Shown here: piece after piece, positions 57,271-64,000 of the stretch
Position numbering within the stretch: position 1 is the first letter of the stretch
How the letters are laid out: the number at the start of each line of letters is the position of its first letter
NCBI GenBank assembly: GCA_016861205.1
Contig: BOKX01000001.1
Span: 698,801 to 762,800, forward strand
Direction of reading: 5' to 3'
Length of the DNA stretch: 64,000 nucleotides
DNA from: Patescibacteria group bacterium
GTDB taxonomy: Bacteria > Patescibacteriota > Microgenomatia > UBA1400 > PJMF01
Notes under the pieces: generated by a model
What the model was told of the DNA's origin: nothing
Seen by the model: only the letters and a program-made list of their open reading frames with translations
The model's database searches: none
Made by a program: the position numbers and the translations under genes

Positions 57271-59619
57271 TCAAGTCTGCCGACTGCTAAATCGGTCCTG
57301 ACGCAACCACAGCACCCACCCCACCAGACTGATCATCGAGACACTAGCCCCCAACCACCACCATCGAGGTTGGTACCGCAGTACCACTTTCAAAACTTGC
57401 TCAGGTTGGGTGGTCGGCAACTCCAGCCGACGCTGACCATCAACGTTGTGAATCTGGGTGGGTTGTCCATTTATCCAAGCTCGCCAACCTCGGTCAAACC
57501 GATCAGCAATCACCAGCTGCGCTGCCCCGTCGGGATTACTCAGTTCCAGATACTGTGAATTCGGGGTTTCGGCTAAAGCTTGCAAAGCAACCGGCACCTC
57601 ACGTTCATCGCGAAACCGACTCAGACTCGGTAAGCGATAAATTCGCCAGCGATCATCCAAACTGACACTCGGCCAGGTGCCAAAAGTGTCACTTGGTGTC
57701 AGCTCAAACCAAGTATCCACTAGGTAGTAGCGAACTGCCCAGCGAGACAGTAGTTGCAGCGTGGTCGCGTCGTTGAGGTCCAGTTTTGGCAGAAAGTTGA
57801 TCTGGACTTGCTGCTGCGGATTCGGCCACTGATTGACGAAATCCTGCGGCATGAGGGTGGTGTAGCCGTGAATCATCGGCACCCCAGCCACCATGTTCCA
57901 GTCCAAGGTTTGCCCTCGGCGAAGCGCAATCGCGTGATCGAAAGTTTGGAGTTCATGAGCGTTAACAAATGAGTCAGAAAACGGCGCCCGAACCACCATA
58001 GCTTCCCAGTACGAACCAAAATCGGTGTACGGCTGATTGCTGTTGCGGGTCAGCCACCGGTGGGTATCATCGGTACTCAAAGAACCAACTTTCCCCCATT
58101 GCTGATTCACTTCAGCCCAAGTCGGGTAAATCTGATTGGGTGCCCAAAAATAATTGGCTTGCGTGTGATAGACCAAGTCGAGGGCGACCACGATGGTGAG
58201 AAGTGCCCAGCGGCGACGTGTCACCAGCCACAAGGCTGCGATGGCGAGCAACGAAGTCACTAACAGGTCTTGAGCAACCACCTTCACAATCACTTGGTCA
58301 CGTTCTGGTGTATGGAATGGGCTACGACTCAGCCAACCGTTCGTCACCGTATTGAGTTCACGCCACCACTCACCAAACCGCACCTCGGCCTGCCACCACC
58401 CAATACTCCCTATCAACGCTAAGAAACTAAAACTAGCTACCCCGAGTTTAAACCATCGCCAACTCAGCCTCACCTTTGGCAAACAAGTCACCACCCACAG
58501 CCATACCGCTACCGTCGTCACAATCAGCAACATGCTCGGATAACGACCGATCCGAAACCAAGGCATCACCGCTTGCAAAGCAGAGAACCCCGGCAGATAC
58601 GTACCCAGACTGACAATCAACGTACTGAAAACCACCCCACCCAAAAACCAATCACTCGCTCGCCGGCGAACTAAACTCACCCAACCAACCACCGCCGAGC
58701 ACACCCAGCCGAGATAAAACACCATATTTGGTTGGCCGCTCCAAGCAGGACCCCACTTCATACCGGCCGTTGGCTTGTCAAAAAAGTACGGGAGCACTGT
58801 CTTTACCATCATGACAGGGTTAAGTGAGCCAACAGCCGCTTGTGAGGCAGTTTGTTGAATTCGAGTTGAGCGGAGTAGTTGTTCGGCAAAAGGCACCCAG
58901 GCCACCGCACTGACTGCCAGCGTCCAAAAACCAGTCAGCACCCAAGCTTGCCACCACGTACGAGCTGTCACGGCCACAGGTCCGTGACCATCATCAGGGC
59001 CACGCCAACGCTGCCCCCACGAAAACACCACCGCTGCCAAAATTGAGTACACCACATGTTGGGGATACCCACCCAAAAACTGCAAACATGCTACCAATCC
59101 AAACCACCATCTGGCTCTGGCTTGAGTTGGTACCAACTCGCCCAGCCATAGTAACCAGGGTAACCACACAATTGATTGAATCGTTGATACATTGTTGCTG
59201 CTGCCAGCTACTTGCGTGGACAGCATCCAGCCCAACCCAGCCAGTACCGCTAACCAAGCCTGTGACGTCCAGCGTTTGGCAAGCAACCACATGCCAATAA
59301 ATGCCACACCATAGTGGGCTATCAACGTTATGTTTAGTGCCCAGGCCGGGTTCAACAACATGAACAAACCAGTGCTGGGATAGAGGACAGATTGATTGAT
59401 ATCTTCAATCCACGGCAACCCACCAAGCAAGTAGGGATTCCACAGAGGTAGTAAACCGTGCCGCAGCCAATACGCAGTGAAAATTTTGCCGGGCACCATC
59501 AGTGAGTAGTTATCACCAAAAATGAGCGTTTTGCCCATGAGCATCGGCCAGCAACGCAGCCAAATTGCGCCGGCCACAACTGCCAGAATAAGCCAATGAT
59601 TGATTCGTTTCGACACCAC
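57271..59619 (-). CDS. YfhO-like GT-C membrane glycosyltransferase
   Basis: LPLWNPY..GG.P, LYP, many TMs, GWRAWING...Y.P C-terminus. Confidence 0.82.
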   Translation of the reverse strand: MVSKRINHWLILAVVAGAIWLRCWPMLMGKTLIFGDNYSLMVPGKIFTAYWLRHGLLPLWNPYLLGGLPWIEDINQSVLYPSTGLFMLLNPAWALNITLIAHYGVAFIGMWLLAKRWTSQAWLAVLAGLGWMLSTQVAGSSNNVSTIQSIVWLPWLLWLGELVPTQARARWWFGLVACLQFLGGYPQHVVYSILAAVVFSWGQRWRGPDDGHGPVAVTARTWWQAWVLTGFWTLAVSAVAWVPFAEQLLRSTRIQQTASQAAVGSLNPVMMVKTVLPYFFDKPTAGMKWGPAWSGQPNMVFYLGWVCSAVVGWVSLVRRRASDWFLGGVVFSTLIVSLGTYLPGFSALQAVMPWFRIGRYPSMLLIVTTVAVWLWVVTCLPKVRLSWRWFKLGVASFSFLALIGSIGWWQAEVRFGEWWRELNTVTNGWLSRSPFHTPERDQVIVKVVAQDLLVTSLLAIAALWLVTRRRWALLTIVVALDLVYHTQANYFWAPNQIYPTWAEVNQQWGKVGSLSTDDTHRWLTRNSNQPYTDFGSYWEAMVVRAPFSDSFVNAHELQTFDHAIALRRGQTLDWNMVAGVPMIHGYTTLMPQDFVNQWPNPQQQVQINFLPKLDLNDATTLQLLSRWAVRYYLVDTWFELTPSDTFGTWPSVSLDDRWRIYRLPSLSRFRDEREVPVALQALAETPNSQYLELSNPDGAAQLVIADRFDRGWRAWINGQPTQIHNVDGQRRLELPTTQPEQVLKVVLRYQPRWWWLGASVSMISLVGWVLWLRQDRFSSRQT

Positions 59620-59695
59620 TTTACTCTATCACTCCACCAGCTAGGGATGTGAGAGCCTAAATCTTGTTGTTAACTGAGTCTGCCAAACAGGACAG

Positions 59696-60373
59696 CTATG
59701 ATCGGAATCGCAAACTGAAAATCACCCGCAGCGCATCAATACCGTCGCGCCAAGTGATTTTTTTGCCCTGGCTGAAGTCTCGCCCCACATAACTAATCGG
59801 CACTTCAAAAATGTACACTTTGCGCTTGAGCAACTTACAGGTAATTTCAGGCTCTAAATCAAACTTGTTCGCGGTGATTTTCAACTCCCGCAACAACTTG
59901 GTCGGCATGACTTTGTAACATGTCTCCATGTCCGTCAAGGTCGTGTTGTACAAAATGTTGACCAAAAAATTAAGAAAGTCATTCCCTTTGCGATGCCAAA
60001 AGAGCAGGTTCGAATGAGGACCCAAAAAACGTGAACCGTACACCACCTGCACTCGCTTTTTCTTGATCGGGTCGAGCAAGGCTGGAATGTCAGAGGGATC
60101 GTACTCCAAGTCGGCATCTTGGATTAAAACGTAGTTACCGGTTACTTGTTTGAGACCGTGCCGAATAGCACTCCCTTTGCCACCATTGGCTTTGTGAAAA
60201 ACGCGCAGCTTGCGGTGCTTCAGCCGTTTCAACTTGGTTCTGGTTCGATCGGTAGAGCCGTCGTTCACCACCACCACTTCTTTGACTTGGCGGGACTTCA
60301 GTAGCTTGGCAATAACTTGGGTGACTGTCTGTTCTTCGTTATAGACCGGTACCACCACTGACAACTTAACCAT
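59696..60373 (-). CDS. DPM1-like GT2 polyprenol-phosphate glycosyltransferase
   Basis: VPVYNE, DGSTD, GKG.A, QDADLEY, TDMETCYK. Confidence 0.93.
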   Translation of the reverse strand: MVKLSVVVPVYNEEQTVTQVIAKLLKSRQVKEVVVVNDGSTDRTRTKLKRLKHRKLRVFHKANGGKGSAIRHGLKQVTGNYVLIQDADLEYDPSDIPALLDPIKKKRVQVVYGSRFLGPHSNLLFWHRKGNDFLNFLVNILYNTTLTDMETCYKVMPTKLLRELKITANKFDLEPEITCKLLKRKVYIFEVPISYVGRDFSQGKKITWRDGIDALRVIFSLRFRS

Positions 60374-60455
60374 CTCACATCCTGTCTAGGACCAACGACT
60401 CACCATATGATGAGCTGGTCCAGGGCAGTGGCTATTAGCTCTGTTACGACTTGGC

Positions 60456-61007
60456 CTAGTCTCGCTCTGGTTGCCAGAAGTCTGGCAAAGCGTTCCATGG
60501 CACTCGGTTTTCATCCGGTTGGTCAGGGTTAAACTGCTGTGACACAAAGTAGAACAACGCCACCGGTTGACCTGAAAAGTTCGCTGCCCCATGGGCAACG
60601 CCTTTCGGTATATATAACAGACTGGGGGCTGCGCCGCCAAGTACTATCCGTTGAGTCTGATCCTTGGTACTCGAGTTAGCTCGAATGTCCCACAGACCCA
60701 CCAGCAGTTGTGTACCCGCTGGAACGTACCAAACTTCATCTTGATTAAAATGGAAGTGCCAGGCCTTAACTGTATTGGGCAGCAGTTGGCTGCGGTTGAT
60801 TTGGCGGGGCTTAAAACCAGGGAACTCAGCCATCTCACCTTGCTCGGTCAAGCGTAAAATTTCGCCAAAGTCGCCGTCCTCTGTTAACCAAGTCTTGAGG
60901 GGGAGTTGTTTGACGCCGTCGATGATAGTTTTGCCACCGCCATACGTTTGCACGTAGTACTCGTGGCTGACTGCCGGATTGGTTTGCATGGTGCGCTGAT
61001 TCGTCAT
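60456..61007 (-). CDS. dTDP-4-dehydrorhamnose 3,5-epimerase family cupin
   Basis: G.F.E, KAWHFH, IPKGVAHG. Confidence 0.85.
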   Translation of the reverse strand: MTNQRTMQTNPAVSHEYYVQTYGGGKTIIDGVKQLPLKTWLTEDGDFGEILRLTEQGEMAEFPGFKPRQINRSQLLPNTVKAWHFHFNQDEVWYVPAGTQLLVGLWDIRANSSTKDQTQRIVLGGAAPSLLYIPKGVAHGAANFSGQPVALFYFVSQQFNPDQPDENRVPWNALPDFWQPERD

Positions 61008-61014
61008 ACCCTCC

Positions 61015-62952
61015 TTATTCAACTACTTCGCCTTCTTCAGCCGACTTTTTGGCCTCCGAAGAATCGCTGGCTTTGTCACTTTTCTCGCCCGCTTCATCTG
61101 GTTTGGCTGCCCCAGCTGCTTGAGCAGCTTGGAAGGCTTCGCCTAGTTTGCGAGCTGAGGCAAAGGTGGCTTCAGTCGCTTGATCCAGTTCTGCCTTGGT
61201 GACATCAGGCTTAGCTGCCAGCTCTTTGAGCTTAGCGACGTTTTCCTCGATTGCCTTACGATCTTCTTCACTCACTTTATCACCATATTCTTTGAGTTGC
61301 TTGTCCAGTTCAAATGCGACACTGGTGGCATGGTTGCGAGCCTCAACTACCTCGCGTTTAGCTTTGTCTTCAGCAGCGTGACTTTCAGCCTCATTCTTCA
61401 TCTTCTCGATCTCGTCGTCAGACAAGTTAGTTGAGTTTTGAATGGTGATTTTTTGCTCTTTGCTGGTGGTCTTGTCCTTGGCAGTCACGTTCAAAATGCC
61501 ATTTGAGTCAATATCAAAAGTCACTTCGATCTGAGGCATACCTCGACCCGCAGGTGGAATGCCATCCAGAATAAAGCGGCCCAGGCTCTTGTTGTCGGTG
61601 GCCATTGAACGTTCACCTTGCAAAACATGAATCTCAACTTGCGTCTGGTTATCAGCCGCTGTTGAGAAAACTTGTGACTTGCTGGTAGGAATAGTCGTGT
61701 TGCGTTCGATAAGCGGAGTCATCACCCCACCCAAGGTTTCCAAACCAAGCGTTAATGGTGTCACATCCAACAACACAATGTCAGACACGTCACCACCGAT
61801 GACACCAGCCTGAATGGCAGCACCCACCGCCACTACCTCGTCAGGGTTAACCCCTTTGTGCGGCTCTTTGCCAAAGAACTTCTTAACTTCTTCTTGAATC
61901 TTAGGCATGCGAGTCATACCACCCACCAGCACCACTTCATGGATGTCGCTGGCTTTGACCCCAGCGTCTTTCAGGGCTTTTTCAACTGGAGTAAAACTCT
62001 TCTGAATCAAGTCATCAACCAGCTCTTCGAGCTTGGCACGCGTCAGCGTCATTGTCAGGTGCAGCGGTTGACCATCATCCCCTTGGGCAATAAATGGTTG
62101 GTTGATATCACTTTGCTGGGCACTCGACAACTCGATCTTGGCTTTTTCGGCGGCATCCTTGATGCGCTGCAAAGCTTGAGGATCTTTTGACAAATCTTTG
62201 CCAGACTCTTTCTTAAACTCGGCAATGATCCAGTCAATGATTTGGTTGTCAAAGTCATCACCACCGAGGAACGTGTCACCATTGGTGGACTTTACTTCAA
62301 ACACACCTTCACCGATTTCCAAAATTGAGATGTCAAACGTGCCACCACCCAAGTCATAGACGGCGATCGTGGCGCTGCCTTTTTTGTCGAGACCATAAGC
62401 CAAAGCGGCTGCGGTCGGCTCGTTCACAATGCGCTCAACAGTCAAACCTGCAATCTCACCGGCTTGTTTGGTGGCTTGGCGTTGCGAGTCGTCAAAGTAA
62501 GCGGGAACGGTAATCACCGCTCGGGTGACCGGTTGTCCCAAGTAGCTCTCAGCATCGGCCTTAGCTTTGCCCAAAATCTTGGCGGAGATTTCTTGCGGTG
62601 TATATTTTTGGCCGTCAATTTCGACCACTGCCATTCCCTCTTTACCCTCAGTCACTTGATATGCCACGTGCTTGATAGCGGCTTGAACAGCTTTGTCCTT
62701 GAGCTTGCGACCCATAAATCGCTTAACTGAGTTGACGGTAGCTTTGGGGTTTAGCACCATTTGACGTTTGGCCACATCACCAACGGTGATGTCTTTGCCT
62801 TTGAACGACACCACAGATGGATACGTGTTACGACCTTCAGCGGTAGGGATGACTTTGGGTGAACCACCCTCCATCACGGCCACAGCCGAGTTGGTGGTAC
62901 CGAGGTCGATACCAATGATTTTACCGGTTGCAGTAGTTTTTTTGTCTGCCAT
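61015..62952 (-). CDS. dnaK: Chaperone DnaK
   Basis: [27 protein letters not shown]. Confidence 0.98.
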   Translation of the reverse strand: MADKKTTATGKIIGIDLGTTNSAVAVMEGGSPKVIPTAEGRNTYPSVVSFKGKDITVGDVAKRQMVLNPKATVNSVKRFMGRKLKDKAVQAAIKHVAYQVTEGKEGMAVVEIDGQKYTPQEISAKILGKAKADAESYLGQPVTRAVITVPAYFDDSQRQATKQAGEIAGLTVERIVNEPTAAALAYGLDKKGSATIAVYDLGGGTFDISILEIGEGVFEVKSTNGDTFLGGDDFDNQIIDWIIAEFKKESGKDLSKDPQALQRIKDAAEKAKIELSSAQQSDINQPFIAQGDDGQPLHLTMTLTRAKLEELVDDLIQKSFTPVEKALKDAGVKASDIHEVVLVGGMTRMPKIQEEVKKFFGKEPHKGVNPDEVVAVGAAIQAGVIGGDVSDIVLLDVTPLTLGLETLGGVMTPLIERNTTIPTSKSQVFSTAADNQTQVEIHVLQGERSMATDNKSLGRFILDGIPPAGRGMPQIEVTFDIDSNGILNVTAKDKTTSKEQKITIQNSTNLSDDEIEKMKNEAESHAAEDKAKREVVEARNHATSVAFELDKQLKEYGDKVSEEDRKAIEENVAKLKELAAKPDVTKAELDQATEATFASARKLGEAFQAAQAAGAAKPDEAGEKSDKASDSSEAKKSAEEGEVVE

Positions 62953-62959
62953 ATATGTC

Positions 62960-63014
62960 TTTTGAGTGAGTTTTTCATTGTCTCAAAAAAGGCCAATTCA
63001 AAACTCACTCAAAA
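62960..63014 (-). promoter_or_regulatory. 15-bp perfect inverted repeat between an SD-like AAGGAG and the dnaK start
   Basis: TTTTGAGTGAGTTTT-25nt-AAAACTCACTCAAAA. Confidence 0.7.
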
Positions 63015-63056
63015 CTCCTTGTTAAAACTTATTACTTTCTTTTAGACCCCTGAGGT

Positions 63057-63551
63057 CTAGTCCAAAATTACTTTGGCGTGTTGCAGGACTTGGCCGTGCA
63101 ACTGATAGCCTTTTTTGACTACCTTGATCACCCGCTGTTTTTTGTCTCCAGCTTCGACCACCTCCATAAGCTCGGGGTTGAAAGGTTGGTCGTCAGTTTT
63201 GATCTCTTCCAGGCCAGCTTGCGATAACACTTGCCAAAACTGCGTGACCACCATGTTCAGCCCTTGATCCTGCAGCTGGGCGGCTGCCAAACTCAGATGC
63301 TCAAGTGGCTGCAGCAGACTGCTCAGTAGCTCTCGATTAGCGAACGTCATCATTCGGACACGATCGTCTTGGGTTCGCTTAACCAAGTTTTGATAGTCAG
63401 CTAAAGCTCGCCGCTCTCGCTCCTGTGCTTGACGAAGGTCAGCTTGTAACTGCTGAACTTGGTCAGACCCAGTGGATTGGGCTGCGCCGCCTGTCTTTGG
63501 CTGATCGTCACTAACTGGCGCCGCCGGAGTTTTCTTGGGTGGTGTCATCAT
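63057..63551 (-). CDS. grpE: Nucleotide exchange factor GrpE
   Basis: RALADYQN..KR, FNPELME, GY.L...VL..AKV. Confidence 0.93.
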   Translation of the reverse strand: MMTPPKKTPAAPVSDDQPKTGGAAQSTGSDQVQQLQADLRQAQERERRALADYQNLVKRTQDDRVRMMTFANRELLSSLLQPLEHLSLAAAQLQDQGLNMVVTQFWQVLSQAGLEEIKTDDQPFNPELMEVVEAGDKKQRVIKVVKKGYQLHGQVLQHAKVILD

Positions 63552-63565
63552 ATGTTTACTGACAG

Positions 63566-64000
63566 TTAGGCTGCCAACTCCTCAACTAAACCGCGCAAGT
63601 AGCGCAACATCGGCACCAACGTCCAGTACTCAAACCGAGCTGAACCAATTACACACAGCTGACATTTCTGACCACCGATGGTGGTAGAAACGTACATCAC
63701 GCCCACTGGTTGCAAGTTTGGGTTCCCCAGTTCTGGGCCATACACCACTTGGACTTGATTTTCATTGGTACCAAGATTGAAAATCTCTTCCAAGATTGGT
63801 TGTTCCTCGATCATTGAAAACACCTGGCGGGTAACATTAATGTCGTAAAACTCGGGAATGTTTAACAAGTTGGCGTAACCAGAGTGATAAATGTTTTGCC
63901 CACTAACCATCGCCAAGCCTAAGGCGTGCGACCGATCAGCTAACACGTGCGCAATTTCTCTGAGTAAGGCCTCTGGTTGATGACGAGAGTGCCAAATGCG
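63566..64000 (-). CDS. hrcA: Heat-inducible repressor HrcA, C-terminal part (runs off window)
   Basis: SG..NLL..PEF.D...V..G.E...VIG..R..Y; position upstream of grpE-dnaK. Confidence 0.8.
   Translation of the reverse strand, partial: RIWHSRHQPEALLREIAHVLADRSHALGLAMVSGQNIYHSGYANLLNIPEFYDINVTRQVFSMIEEQPILEEIFNLGTNENQVQVVYGPELGNPNLQPVGVMYVSTTIGGQKCQLCVIGSARFEYWTLVPMLRYLRGLVEELAA

Noticed and set aside
26870-62965. Numerous 60-160 aa plus-strand ORFs antisense to housekeeping genes
   Set aside because: Shadow ORFs of well-supported minus-strand genes, with no motifs or expression signals
62960-63014. CIRCE operator
   Set aside because: Does not match TTAGCACTC-N9-GAGTGCTAA; the hrcA upstream region is outside the window

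Overview
Gene-dense bacterial chromosome segment. It looks like Patescibacteria/CPR (inference from the AAA-only Lon, IF2 without its N-terminal extension, tRNA-Arg(GCG) and many apparently leaderless genes). The housekeeping backbone includes a phosphohexomutase, glycosyltransferases, dus, comF, tmRNA, ftsK, rnj, rpe/rpiB, a Suf/ferredoxin/SOD redox cluster, pnp-rpsO-infB-nusA and hrcA-grpE-dnaK...dnaJ. The stand-out is a ~6.6 kb AT-richer integrative element (18378-24975) bounded by an 11-bp direct repeat. It has split the host tRNA-Val(CAC) at the anticodon arm without restoring it, and instead carries its own complete tRNA-Val(CAC) with a recoded anticodon stem. Its cargo is (i) a tyrosine integrase, (ii) a HEPN-motif protein facing a candidate ~240-nt structured RNA with a tRNA T-loop motif, inside an 820-bp ORF-free hairpin-rich region, (iii) a zinc-ribbon protein, and (iv) a C-protein-like regulator + TGT-like CxCxxC-H protein + PIN + PD-(D/E)xK module. 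All family calls are by-eye motif recognition; no searches were run. Several apparent 1-bp indels suggest some assembly noise.
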